Assembly (NCBI RefSeq): GCF_009914755.1 | Contig: NC_060925.1 | Origin: the human T2T-CHM13v2.0 reference genome, Homo sapiens | DNA length: 64,000 nucleotides | Strand: one strand, 5' to 3' | Part shown: positions 42,551 to 57,463 of the stretch, piece after piece | Numbering within the stretch: the first letter of the stretch is position 1 | How the letters are laid out: each line of letters starts with the position of its first letter | Program-made: the position numbers and the translations under genes | The notes under the pieces: model-generated | What the model saw: only the letters and a program-made list of their open reading frames with translations | Databases searched by the model: none | Told to the model about the DNA's origin: nothing

Positions 42551-44364
42551 TGAACAATCAAGCCATATGTAAAATGAGCTATTGTAATAATTTTGAGTCA
42601 TTAGGAATTCCTTCATTTCCATCCCAGGTCCCCTGGACAATGCTGAGAAACCAGTGGCTATATTGCATATTTTCTTTTCAGCCCAGCAGTACTCATTTTC
42701 AGGTTGAATATGGTAACAAAGCTGTTGCATAAGAAATGCACACTCCTCTCTTAGGGGGAACATTCTTTACATTCAGCACACCAGTGCACCCCCATGACTG
42801 CAGAGTACTGCAGGGTACTGAAAGGTGTCTTTCTGTGTTTACCGTGGTATCACTTTCACCCTCTATTCTGAACTGATCTGGCATTCTAAGATTTTCAAAC
42901 ATAATCTTTAAAAGTATAAGCATCCAAAATTACCTCAAAGAGCCAAAACAAATAAATACAACACTGAATAAATGATGCTCCAGTTGATCCAGAATACACT
43001 TAAGAAATCTTTTGACTCTGTTAACCTATCAGTATTTGACTTCAGATTGACTCGTTTATTTATTCTTAAACTCCCTTGAATCTCCAGGCTTTTTTCTTAT
43101 TTGCATTGAGTATGTTCTCCCCATTGACATTCAGATCACTTTGAATTGGCTTTTACTTAGGCTTTTCTTTTTTGGAGACAATCAGCTCAGAGACAAAATA
43201 GGCTTAAACCACAAAGATGTTTTAGTAAATAGATACATTTCATTAGTTGCTGAGGGCTGTAGGAACACAGTTGTCCCAAGTAATTTCTTCTTTGTATTTG
43301 GTGATCTTAAGAGGAAATATTAGTGTCCTTTTTCTTAAGCCACTGGTCTAAAATATCTGTCAAGCATAAGATTTAAATCCCTGACAAACAACTTCTAAGA
43401 TTTTAGAAAAAGTTTTGAGTACCTTGTGATTCCAACTCTTATCTCTGCTTTTGAGCCTCGATTTCTACCCCCTCGTCATAGTCCTTACCCACCTGTAACT
43501 TTAAGACATCAAAGTTCATTTTAAAAAAGAAAAAAATAATAAGTTTCATAGAAAGAAAACCTCTCATATATATTGGGAGGGCTAAGACAAATATGTTTCT
43601 CTTTTCATGCATTTTTCTGGTTGAACTGAATTCTTTCACCTCCTCTTAGAAAAGTCTTCGACTGTGCCAGCTAGAAGTACGGCAGAATGGGTAAAGTCCA
43701 GCCTTGCTAAGACAATTTTTTTGGTCTGTGGTACCTACAGAGGAGGTTCTTACTTATAATGTGAAGTACATGGCATAAACTGGTGGAGAAGAGCTTCCTT
43801 TTGTTAAATCGTTCATTTATTCCACTGGCCTAATGAAAGTTATATGAACCACAATGAGTCACAACAATTACCAGTTTAATTCATTTTTTACCCTGTATTT
43901 ATTTAAAAGGTTTGCTCTATAAATATAGGACCTGTAGATAAAAGGTTTCTCTAAAAATCACTCTCTTTTCAAGATGTTTTCATTAGTTAGTATTCATTTA
44001 AGTGGGTTCTACTCTGCATACCATTAAAGGTGTGTGTAAATGTTTTTATTGGTTTCTTCCCTATCTTCCACTTTTGTATTTCCTCTATAAGAGGCAGTGC
44101 CATTAACCTTAGCAGGGCTGAGTGTGATTGTCTTTCGATCAGCCCCATCATTGCAAACCACTGACCCATAGCTTACATTACTTAAACCACTGGTTCCTAA
44201 ACAGAAAAATAGCCCCATTACCTTCCTTGGAATGGTGATGGGCTGTCTGAAAAGTCCTTTCAAAAAGAAGAGTGAGCAAAAATACTCCCTACTTCCTTTG
44301 AGAATAGTCCTTTCTTTGATATAAATGTTGCGGTAGTAGTACCTGAGTTTCCTATTTTAACTCT

Positions 44365-44780
44365 ACATGAAACATTTATTGAGTGTCTGCTGTGTTCAGG
44401 GTGCTGTTGAAGACACATGGCTATAGCAACATGTTTTGGATGCAGTCCTTTAAGAGCCATACTTTTTTATGCAGGTGATAGGCAGGTTTGCACCTAATAA
44501 CAATGCAGGGTAAATATGCTAAGTGCTCTAACTGTGAAACAAAGTGCTCTGAGAATGTGGAAAAGAGAATGCTTTAATTCAGACTTTAGGGACAGGAAGC
44601 GGAAAGTTAGATTTCAACCAGCAGAGAAGGGTAAGGAGGATAGAGAAAGAGGTTCCAAAAAAATAAAAAAGCACCCCCAAAGGCATAGTGTGGTCTGAAA
44701 GTTTATGATGAGCTTGGATAATCGCCAAGTAGTGTGGTATGGCCTTTGCAAGGTAATGAGGGGATGGAGGTAAGGCATTC
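44365..44780 (-). mobile_element. L2
   Basis: aacatttattgagtgtctgctgtgttcagggtgctg followed by reverse L2 body. Confidence 0.6.
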
Positions 44781-44795
44781 ATGCTTTTGTATAAC

Positions 44796-45197
44796 TGATA
44801 CGGTTTGGCTCTGTGTCCCCACCCAAATCTCATCTCGAATTGTAATCCCCACATGTCGAGGGAGGAGGGAGCTGTAATTCCCATGTGTCAAGGGAGGGAA
44901 GTGATTGGATTATGGGGGCAGTTTCCCCCACGTTGTTCCCATAATAGTGAGTGAATTCTCAAGAGATCTGATGGTTTTATAAATGGTATTTTCCTGTGCT
45001 CACACACGCTCTCTCTTGCCTGCCACCGTGTAAGATGTGTCTGCTTCCCCTTCAACCAGGATTGTAAGTTTCCTGAGGCCTCCCCAGCCATGCAGAACTG
45101 TGACTCAAGTATACCTCTTTTTTTAAAAAAATAAATAAAATAAGTTACCCAGTTCTTGGTGGTATTCTCTATAGCAGTGTGAAAATGGACTAACGTA
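44796..45197 (+). mobile_element. THE1 (D/C-like) ERVL-MaLR solo LTR, sense to NFIA
   Basis: tgatacggtttggctctgtgtccccacccaaatctcatctcgaattgtaatcccc ... tgtaagtttcctgaggcctccccagccatg ... atagcagtgtgaaaatggactaa. Confidence 0.92.
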
Positions 45198-45314
45198 CTA
45201 CCCTTTTAGATAATCCTTGCAGCATAAGACAAAGAAACGATCAGTTCACCTTTGGCCATGGACTCACTGTCACCAGAGCTTGCTTTAACCCAATTCTGTA
45301 GTTCAGCCAGTCAG

Positions 45315-45552
45315 AATGTTGGTAGAAAATGCATTAAATCAGGAACCCAGAAAACAGGCTTCTATTCCTGGCTCAGCTATTCATTGACTATGATTTTGGA
45401 TAAATAACTGTTTCTCTCTGAGCCTTGGTTTACTTCCGTAAATTGGAGATAATAATACTACCTACCTCATGGCTGTTGAGAGTCTTAAATGAGACCATGC
45501 CTACAAGGTGTTTAGCAGGGTCCTCAGCATATAGCCAGTACTCAAAAAGTAG
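45315..45552 (+). mobile_element. MIR
   Basis: tctctctgagccttggtttacttccgtaaattggagataataatactacctacctcat. Confidence 0.75.
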
Positions 45553-47400
45553 AAACAACTTAAAAAGATTTTTATACTTCATTGCCCATCTTCATTGAAC
45601 TGGACTTTATTTTACTTATTGATAACTTACAACACGCTGGGAGAAACGTCCCGGTGTTTCAAAGTGACTGCGTTAACTTGGAAAATAAGATCCTATTTAT
45701 TTCCTTCCGAGTAATAGTCATCCTAACATACTGCTCACTTGTATTTGTAGAGTAGTTATTTTGAAATTTTTGAGACCTGAACTTATGAAATGTACTTTCA
45801 TGCATTTCTAAAATAATTGTATACTAGAGCTCTTTTCCATTGCTTGACAGTTGTTCATGAGTGTTCCAGTGAGTTTATAGAAGCTAAAAAGAAGATGATC
45901 TTCTCTAGTTACATTCTAAGTGCTGAATTTTTCCTTCCTTGACAGATTCCCATCCGGTATCAAGAGGCTCTAAAGATCCCTCAAATCACTGTTGGCATTT
46001 AGTGCCATTCCAGCAATTTTGCATCTTGATCTTTTTATTGATTAGAATTTTACCTTCCTTTTCAATCTTTTGAACTCTCTTCTGAACTTTGAAGACTCAA
46101 GTGTTTGAAATCTTGATCTGGGTCTGTCTTAGGCTATACAGAAGAGAGCTTTAACTTATGTTTCCAAAATGAGGCCACTACCTCTTTAATTTTTCTTTTT
46201 AATTTAATCTCAATGTCTGTAGAAGAAAAGCTTTCACTTAAAGCACAAACTTTATGAAAAGCATTTTTGTTAAAGGGAAATCTTAATGGGAAGAACTGTA
46301 GATAACAAATTTGAGGAAAATGTCTGGCAACACAGACTTCTGCAAGTTTGAGGCTCTTGGTGAAATCTCAAACAGTCCAAATGGAAAATTACCCAGTCTG
46401 TTTCCTCAAGATAGACTTGTTTGTACAGCGACTCAAAGTTTAAATGGCTGAACAGTAGGTACACACGCTGTACTTATAAGCTGTTTGTATTACAATGCTC
46501 TGTTTTTAACCTCCTTTTAGTTTGGAACACAAGCTGGTTAATGTCTTAGTTCTGTGCTTCCTGGATTATTAGTGAATAGCTAAGTTGTATTTAATAAACA
46601 GAAAGAAAGTAACAAACAGGCCAATACCTTCACTGAGAAAGCTTCTCATCTCTGAGATTTTTACTTCTGTTTGTTATGCAGAATATTTTAAAATTAGATA
46701 ATGTTTTATACTCATGAGATGAAAGAGTTTTCAAATATCTGAGGGTTTGTGAGTATATCCGTATTTTTGAGAGTCCCAGTAAAAGTTTCTGGAACTTACA
46801 AAAAACTCATCCATGAGCTGGCCAGGTCCTCTCAAGGAGCAAATCAACTGAGGATGACATTAAAAAAAATTTTTTTAACTTGTTTCAACAGTTGTTTTCC
46901 GCATTTCCACAGTAATTACCATGCTTACCAGTAAGATACAATTCATCTCTGGATCATATTTTATGTGTTTTAGGCAATAGCAGTGATAGCTAACAATTAC
47001 ACTCTAGAGTTTTACAAAACACTTGCTTATGCGTTATCTCATGAGGTACCTGACAGATCTTCTAAGTATAATTTTATGATATTCCAGCAGATCTATACCA
47101 GTTTCACTAGAGTATGAGTAATAAGCATATTGAATTTTTAAAAATTGACACCTGTCTGAAATTTTTAAGAACAAGGCCATTTAGAAAATTAGATTTCAAG
47201 AACTCTAAATACTTACTTATATTATACAAAAATGTTACAGAAAGTACCATTAAGCATGGCTATTTCTATATATTCTTCGATAGCCCACAGAAATTTATTT
47301 AAAATAATTCTCCACAATGACTAATCCATTACAACCAATATTGTTTTAGTTCTTTCTCATGAAAATAGACTACTAAAATTATAGTCTTTCTAGTTACCCA

Positions 47401-47577
47401 GTATACATATACACATATATATATGTATGTATGTATATATACACACACATACCATATGTAAGCTGGCTATATATGTGTATATATATATGTATATACACAC
47501 ACACCCATATGTAAGCTCGATATGTATGTATGTGTTTATATATGTACCTATACACATAGAGGTACATACACATGTAT
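47401..47577. repeat. (TA/CA/TG)n low-complexity tract with 53-bp higher-order period
   Basis: Spacer ccatatgtaagct at 47452 and 47505. Confidence 0.85.
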
Positions 47578-49984
47578 AAACCTCCATTTTTATAAAGATT
47601 GGTGGCTTATAAGAATACATACAGTAAGATAGAAAATATAAACAAGTAAAAAATGAGAATTAGGAAATACATAAATTAAAGTAGAAAGGTAAAAATCAGA
47701 GAAAAAGAATTGAACAAAGGTTCTACCATATGGTTCTACATAGTTAATAACATTGAGATATAAGTTTGATTCTGAGTTTCCTGGCAGCCAAAGGAAAAAG
47801 AGAAACGTATGATTAATCATGTGGTTCTCATTACCCATGAGAAAATACATACCAGTTCCTCAAGGGAAGGAAGCTTTCCCTGGCACTTAATTGTGATGTA
47901 AATTTCTCACGTAGAACTTCAGCAGGAGGACACCGGGTGATATGCTAACAGTCAGTGCTATTCAAGTAGATAGACTAAAGGATTTGGTAAGATAGCTTCT
48001 TTTAGGGCCCACTAACTAGAAACTGAGAACCTAATACAAAAGTGTAACTCAATAAAAGTGATTCTGAGTGATCCATGAAAGTAACTTGCTGCCAATCCAT
48101 CAGGACTTTTATAAGAGCTGGAGAAATTCACATCATGAAATTTATAAATCCTGAGAAGCAGGTAGGTCTCATAGTCCTTGGATGATTTTAAATATTTCTC
48201 ACAGCCAAACTTTTGATTAAAGCTGAGCCACAGACAGTTCACATTGGTGTTTTTTAAGAACTGATATTTTCTTAAGGACTCGACTTTACAGAGTAAACAA
48301 ACAGGATTGGCCTTACAAGGTAAAAACTGAAGCTCCTGAATATAGGAAAAGCAAGCATTTACCCTTGTGGTTATTTTTTAAAGTGCTTTTTAAAAATTCC
48401 TCTCATTATCTTCCCTTGATAGATTTCCTGAAGATTTATTTAACAGTATAATGTCTATTGTTATTTAAAGAGAAATGAGGTTTAGAATGCAGAGCCTTTT
48501 TTAAGAGAGTATGAACATGCTGATTTAGTTCACCTCCAAACAGAAATGATTGACATCAGATTCTTCCTGAAAGCAGTTTCTCCTGTGGAAAGAACTTTGG
48601 GTTCTTCAAGGGGAGTGAAATGGTAGGTTCTGTCTGAGCCAGGTCACCTACAAAAGCAAACAACAATGCTGTTTCCTAAGGTGGTTGTTGGCAGCACTTA
48701 GCCGCTGCTGACCTGGTAACCTTTCCTTTGAGTCTCATCCATAGCTCTCCTCTGAGAGAGAACTTTCCCATTTACAATATTACTTGGACACACTACTGTT
48801 GCTTAGGACCAAAAGGGTTATTTACACAGGGGAGATAGTGGTAGGTGTGAAGGTATGTGTTGTGACAACTGCCATTTACCCATGCAGTGGGCAGAGTTTC
48901 TCTTTTGACCTTGTTCATTCATAGCAGTGAAGTGTGGGCTAGGACCTGTAACATCTCCTAGTTTTAAATGCTCCGGATGGGTACTCTACAAAAGTCTTGG
49001 TCATATAGAACCTATATGGAATGCAGTCATGTTAAGAAATTGTTAAGCTGTTGATCATGATATTATACTGTTAAACATAACAGTACAAAAAGAGGGTTTT
49101 GTTCTCCAAATAGCTAATTCATAGCTACAGTTATTTTTTTAGTGTACAACCTCAGATTTATTTCATCAGAGAGCAACTGGGAGGTCCCAGGACAGTGACT
49201 AAGTGGGAATATGCAGCAATGACGAGTAAAAGCTTAGTTTCTAAGAATCTCAGTTTTTGTGGAAATCCCCTTTAGACTAATGATACAAGAGAAAACATGT
49301 GGTGTGTGTTGGGTAGATCATTCCCCAACAGGATGTTTTATTTTTTGTGTTTAGTCTTCGTCCATAGTAACAATTATAATGAATGCATCAAAAATAAAGC
49401 CTGCAGACCTTGTGACCTATCTTGTAATCAGCACAAATTAGTTTTAGGGCAGGAAAATCCAGCTGCATATTAGTTTTATTAGATGTTCCCAAACATTTTA
49501 TTGCAATATTTTGGAAAAAACATCCACAAACAAACCTAAGTTTTCAATGTGTTTCCTATTCAATATGTATTTTGTTTTGAAGGATAATTAGATTGTATGT
49601 TTATAATTCCTTTGTTCTTAATTCATCAAATTGCTGCCTTTTGGGAAAATAATTTCAGCATAGGAAAATTACTCTTTTTTTCACCAACCTGTTCTCAGAA
49701 AGGGAAATGTATCTTTAGTACACCCCCAACTCCCAAAAATGTTCTCCACATTCTAAAAATGCTTTTAAAAGTTCAAACCATTATTCCTCATTTGGTTCTA
49801 ATGATATTGAAATGGTTTTTTCCTATTTTGAGGGTCACAATTGCTACTGTTAATCTAATGGCTAAATGATCTGTGCACTGTGTCTGCTTTTCATCTTCAT
49901 TCTCTTTTTATTGGTGAGGAAACTGAGGCTCAAAGCGATTAAGTACCTTGCACAGGTCAAATGGCTTCTAAGAGGCAGAATGTA

Positions 49985-50760
49985 ATCATTCCTTCTCTCA
50001 ACATTCAGGAAATATTTAATGAGCCCATACTTTATTCCAGATACCTTGGTAGTTGCACAGGATACATCACTGAATAATAAAATCCCTGCCCCTCAAGGAG
50101 CTTACCTTCTAGTTGATGGAGACAGATAATTAAAATATCAATGAGAAAAGTATCTAGTGCATGAGATGATAATAAGTGCTATGGAGAAAAATTAAGAAAG
50201 AAAGAGGAATAGGGAGTCCAGAGTAGTTTTGGTTTGAAAGGCAATGATGGCCACAAACACATTGCTAAGAAGTTGACATTTGAACAAGACCTAGAAAAGG
50301 TGAGGGAGTGCGACACACAGATTTCCTTGGGGAAGACTAGTGTGGATGGAATGAAGACAGCAAGGTGAGCAGGAGAAAAGGAACTCAGGTAAAAGCCTGG
50401 GGCAGTTCATGCAGGACAGTGGCTGTTTGACTTCAGCAGCATAAGAATCACTTGGAAGTCTTATTAAAACACAGATCTCTGGGCACTACCCTTACAGTTT
50501 CTGATTCAGAAGTTTGCATTCCTAACAAGGGTCCAAGTGATGCCAGTGCCACTGGTCCAGGGATCACACTTGAGATCCACTGAAGCTATTGGGAGGCTTT
50601 GGCTTTTCCTCTTAATAACATGAATGCCATTTCCAGGAACTGAGAATAGGAGAAACAAAATCTCTTTATGCTGTTCCGAGTACACTGTAGGAGACAAGGG
50701 CAGAAGAAGGGAAACCAACTAGGGTTCTACTATAGTAATCAAAATAAGAGATCAGGGTGA
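49985..50760 (-). mobile_element. L2 interrupted by MER5A
   Basis: cattcaggaaatatttaatgagccc..tccctgcccctcaaggagcttaccttctag..tgacatttgaacaagacct. Confidence 0.75.
50417..50582 (-). mobile_element. MER5A (hAT-Charlie)
   Basis: cagtgg...agaatcacttgga..ttattaaaacacagat..tttctgattcag..ccactg. Confidence 0.8.
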
Positions 50761-50764
50761 CATT

Positions 50765-51069
<305 letters not shown>

Positions 51070-51624
51070 AGAGATCAGGGTGACATCATTGAGCTATGCT
51101 CTCTCTCCATTCTGAGTTTATTTGAGGTTGTCCTCTAAAGCAAAAGCATACTAAGCATTAGTTATGTCAACCTAAAATTCCTTTGGTTAAATCTTCAGTT
51201 TAATTAGTGTATGAATTCCTTTTCAAAGAGCTGCTTGCCCACAACTTTGAGAAACGGGTGGAAAATATGGGGAGTTTATAGTTGGGATACGTTTCAAATA
51301 TGGCTGACAAGGATCTGCCTAGGAACATGGAACTCATAGAATATCCTCAGGAGGCAGTGGGGAACAGGACACTGAGATGGTCCATGGAAGAGAAACAACA
51401 GTTGTTCTTCAAATTCCTGCCATTTGATCTAAGATCTGATTTTTTTTTTTGTAGGATTGAAGAGATGAAAGTTCCCCTGGTCCCCCAAAATTTTGTTTAT
51501 AGTACATACAAATGCTCCCTGAGATACCCAGCTGTATGAGGAATAAATAAGGAAAGAGAACAATAACGTGGCACCACCTTTTCCTCCTTCCTGATGTACA
51601 AAATGAGGGAAAGTCATAAACCTC

Positions 51625-51755
51625 CAATTAATAACTGTGCAACCTTGCTCAAGTCTCTTAATCTCATCTGAAAACAGGAATAGTAATAGTGCTTGTCTCA
51701 TAGCAGGGGTTAAGGGAGGGTACTCATCAAATGTTAGCTGCAACTATCATGATCA
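51625..51755 (+). mobile_element. MIR
   Basis: ctgtgcaaccttgctcaagtctcttaatctcatctgaaaacaggaatagtaatagt. Confidence 0.6.
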
Positions 51756-52615
51756 CAATGAAATGTAAGTAGATTTCTATTCTCTTTTCAAGATGGAGAC
51801 TTACTGGTCCCTAACCAAAATTCTTACTGTATACAAAAATAGTGTAGTATAAAGTAAGTCAGGGGCAAAGGAGAAAACGGTGGAAATGCGGTGGGCATGG
51901 GAGTGTGAAAAGCAGTAACCCCTTAAAAGGAGAGAGAAGGAAAAGAAGTCAGGTAGAAAATGGAGATATGGTAGGGAGCAGGAATGATTGATATTAAGGT
52001 AGCCAGAGGCAAATACAAAGGGGAAGGAGGGGATGGGAAGGGGTGGCAGAAGAGAAAAGGACCAGAGTTCCTAGAACCTGTTAGCAGGGCAGAGGTTAAC
52101 CATAAGCAACTCATTACCATGCCCCCCAAAGCATCAGGCCAGAACCTCCGTTAAACACAAGACGGCCATTGGCTGCACCTGCAGAAGTCTCTGCATTTTT
52201 TATGAACAGCAGAAAACAAGAGAAGTATTAGAGAGGTTGCAAGTTAGAGACTGGAGACACCTGGAGACTCTACATAGCTGTGGTGGTTTTGCAGTGTAGA
52301 CTTATGAAATCTGATACCCCCATGCAGTCCTGTTAGGCAGATAAACTGAGAGCCTAGACATTTTATAAGCCCCCATGTAAGCATTTGAGGGGTAGGATTC
52401 CTTCAATGCTCTTCCAATAGGATGGAAACAGAAGGGAAGACCATCCTGTCTTCAGGGCTTGCCCTCTTGTTTAATCCTCAGATGGACAACATTAGTCCCG
52501 TTTAACAGAAGAAGACTCTGAGGCTTGGTTAGTAAAAGAATATGGCCAGAATCCAGACCTGGAGCCTAGCTCCAAAGGATTGCTTTCCTGTTAGCAAGAC
52601 ACTGTCTTCTTTTGA

Positions 52616-53012
<397 letters not shown>

Positions 53013-53041
53013 CTATCATCCTGGAGACCCAGATTTTGTTC

Positions 53042-53315
<274 letters not shown>

Positions 53316-53917
53316 CTAGATTTTGTTCTCAAATAGCAGCTGTAGGATTTGGTGTGGTATTTTTTCCCCTCAGCTGTTGTTTCTTGAATGCTTTCTCTTG
53401 TTCACCCACTTCTTCTTTACCACTTACCATGATTAATAACAAGGTACCTGCAAAGTAAGGTTTTCCCCTGAATACTTCCTAGATGGTGGAGGTTTTTCAG
53501 AAGTACCACCCAACCTCAAAAACACATAGTGGTCCACATACTGGCCTTGGAGTCCTGGAGGAGTTATTCTATAGGAACAGCAAATCCATGCACAGCCAGG
53601 CATTGTCTGTCTTGACATATCAGGGTACGGAAAACTCTTATGCTGTAAGAAGAGTCACACTAAGCCAAAGTTTAGGAACCAGCCTGCTCCAGTATGCCTT
53701 TTGGAGGACTTTTCTTTTCTAATTCACCTTGCCTTCCTCTGTCACATCTAACCCAATACTGTCCATATAGGAAAAATTCAGAAAGTATTGGGTTGGTGAA
53801 TGCAGCACAGATTACCTATTTAAATTAAAGCTGTGTCTTTAGGGAAAAAAACTTCTGGGGGATGGGAGCAGTGGCATGAGCTTGGAAGGATTTTTGCATT
53901 CTACAGCAAACCACAGC

Positions 53918-54270
53918 TGCTATGGCCTTAATGTTTGTGTCCCCCCAAAATTCATATGTTGAAATCCTGACTCCATGGTGATGGTATTCAGAAGTGGGGC
54001 CTTTTGGGAGACTAGGTCATGAGGCTAGAACCCTCTTGAATGGAACTAGTGCTCTTATAAAGAGAACACAGAGAGCTAGCTAGCCCTTCTGCCACGTGAG
54101 GATGTGGACGGTGTGATCTATGAGGAAGAGTGCTCCCACTGGGTAATAAATCCGTTGGTGCCTTGATCTTGCACTTTCTAGCCCCCAGAAGTGTGAGAAA
54201 TAGATTTCTGTTGTTTATAAGCTACTTTGTTTATGGTGTTTCGTTACAGCAGCCCAAAAGGACTAAGAGA
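53918..54270 (+). mobile_element. MLT1A/MLT1A0 solo LTR
   Basis: tgctatgg..aatgtttgtgtccccccaaaattcatatgttgaaatcct ... gcagcccaaaaggactaaga; 5-bp TSD acagc/acacc. Confidence 0.88.
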
Positions 54271-55344
54271 ACACCACCACCCAACACCAGAAAATGGGAT
54301 TTGCTTAAACCAATCTGAGAATCAGTCACCTGGATAAGTGTGTCGAGTGATCCATTGAATCAGCCAGCAATGCATAAAGAATCATTTCCAGTACCCACAT
54401 ATGACTGTGCTTCTGTTTTGTGTTTTATTAAGTTGCTCTGGAGTAATGCCACTATCAGTGCTTCCCCAGCACAAGGAGGTTGGCAATTGAGTTACCTGTT
54501 TGTGACAGCTAAACTTTCATGAATCTTTAGGAGATCCATTTGCTAGCATCTTTTAAAGACTCTGGATTTTTCTGAGCATTTTGTGATGATAACTGATGCA
54601 TCTGAAGTAGAGGTGGGAGCCCTTCTTTGTCAAGAGTTAGAAAATACAGGCTGTCTTGTCTTCCTATAAATGTCAGTTGTTGTTGTTGTTATTATTATTG
54701 TGTCAGCAGTAAACTGCTCCCCAGAGGACTAAGATACAGCATTACAGAGAGAGCATGCCTTGCTGTGAAAATGGGTAGTAGAAGTATGATGATATTATTT
54801 CGTGGTAATGAATTTACCTTTATGACAGATCATTATCCCCTTCTGTAGCTGAACTGGATGAAGGACAAGTCTAGCAGAATAACCTGGTAGTACTTGGATT
54901 TATTGGCTTTAAATTTTTAAGCTGGAAAAATGCAGTAGCAGCCAGGTTATCTCTGTATGAATGTTGCAGAGGAGGACAGAGATGAAGGAAGTCACATTTT
55001 CTTTCTAGTAATGGTAGAAAGCAGGTGATGATGACAGTCTTTTAACGAAACATGAATGCAGTTGCTCATATGCTTTGCCATTTTAGTGCACAAGTCAAGG
55101 AGTAAATGAGTAGAAAAAAATCCATAAGATATCATCATCATCAATAATAAAAAATTGCTTAAGGTCTCATTGAGTGTTACACCATAGGAAAGAGCAAAGA
55201 TTTCTTTTTAAAATGAGTTAGACGAGACTTCCCTCTCAGGTGTGTATAATCCAGGTTCATGCTTTAAAGGCTATATGTGAAATAGAACTGTTTTATATTA
55301 GTGAGCTGTTGGGGATAGTAAGTTGCAGTTTTGCATAAAGGCAA

Positions 55345-55600
55345 ACCATGGTACAGTGAGGATGGTGCCCCTGTGGGAAGAAGATGGGCTTGGAAATCAT
55401 TTAGGTTTACATCCTGGCTTTGTCCTTTTCTAGTAGTGTGACCTCAAGCAAATCATTTAAACTTTCTGTCTTAGTTTTCTCAGGAAGCAAAGAAGTTAGT
55501 ACCTAACTTTCAGATTTCTTTGCAGCTTTAGTTTCAGGTACATAGTAAGTCTTCAATAAATGATCACTATTGCTGTTCCTGCTGTTGTTATTGCTGTTCT
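55345..55600 (+). mobile_element. MIR
   Basis: gtgtgacctcaagcaaatcatttaaactttctgtcttagttttctca. Confidence 0.7.
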
Positions 55601-56381
55601 TGTCTTGATTCAGAAGCCCTGGTGGTGATACTCCATGCTATATTCCAAGGAGTAACCATAACCTAATTATTTTGAATGACTGAGAACCAGTGCTGATGTA
55701 AAGCTCCCTAAACCCAGCACTTCTCCAGAAGCCGTAAGAAATCCATGCCATCATTTAGTAACCTACACTGTAGGGCTAAGATCTCAATCCGTTTTCCATT
55801 TGCACACTCATCAGAGTAGATAGAGACTAGTTGTTCACTATGTCTGTGAATACTCTATAGAGTTTTCCCCAGCTTCCTCCTTTCCTCCAATTTTCCTTAC
55901 AAAGCCTTTCCTTCTTTCGTCTGAGCTCTAACACTTTGTACGTTGTAGTAATTTTATGGAGCCCAGTGCCAAACATCTCTATAGAGGGGATGTTGTAAGG
56001 GTTGAATATGAAGAGACCCTACATGTGACGTGTGTCCTACGAATCTTGGAGTCTTGACTCCTTCTCCAGTGTCAGTACTCGTTATCTTTAATTTGGGGCC
56101 AGATATGAGCACCCCACACACTTTCCAAAAAAGCCCCCGATCCACAAATGTATGCATGATTTTTCCTTACATAAGTCTTTTCATGTTTCTGGACATATTT
56201 TATCTCCCTTCCTCCTCTAATACTTTTTCCCTTGCTTTCCACAGTGAGAAAAACAACAACAACAAAAAAAAAAAACACAAAATTCACACAAAGGCTTATG
56301 TATATAAAGACATGGCTCCAGGTTCTCATCAGTTCAAGGAGTAAAAGCAAATTCCAAAAGTATAGAAATTTAGGTGGATGT

Positions 56382-56687
<306 letters not shown>

Positions 56688-57463
56688 TTACCTTCTCCCT
56701 TTAATTTTCTATTTTATAGAATGGTTGCATGCAATAAAAGCAGTTGCTTCTCTTTTAACTTTTTAATAAAATGGAAGTCTGTTTTTAAAGCCATTTGCTT
56801 TGAATATGTAAGAATACCTAGAGTGTTTTACCATGGTAGAGATAATTTACAAAGTAAGACCCAGTTGGAGTTGCTCAGTTAAGATGTATCTCAGGTGAAA
56901 TGTTAATCAATTCAATGTTTCTTTGTGTTTTGAAAATCTCTTTAGTGTGCTGGGCCGATGGCCACATTTTCTGCTGTGTATATGTGATATCAAACTTTAA
57001 CAAGTCTGTTGCAACAAGGATAAGACACAGCAGTAGGAAAAGACCACTGGAGATAAAGGGGCTCAACTCTCTTCCCAGTGAGAACTGCCATGTTATCTTC
57101 CATCTGATCACATTACTGGAAGCTTACTACTCTTCAGGAACTCTTCAGCACTTTACCCAAGCTCCAGTGAGGAGGCGATGCTGGTGCTTATGGGGTACTT
57201 GGACAAGTAGAGGCTCTCCCTCGCTTGTCAAAATGCCTGGGGAGGAAGCACCTTCTGCCATTTAGTGTATGGGGGGAAAAGGAAGAGGGCAGTGAGGGAT
57301 CTTAAGTGTCTCGTAATGCTCTGGATAGACCTGCCTAAGAAAGAATTAACTTTCCCCAAATGCCAGTCACGTCCCAGTTAAGAAAGGCCTGCCTGGTTCT
57401 TCAGCCTCATCAGTGTTCCCAGAAGTCCCAGCTCCAGCCATCACAAACCAAACGTGCCACTTG

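Noticed and set aside
44840-44900. Internal ~30-bp duplication in the THE1 LTR
   Set aside because: I recall this in other THE1 copies, so it is probably a subfamily variant rather than a locus-specific event.
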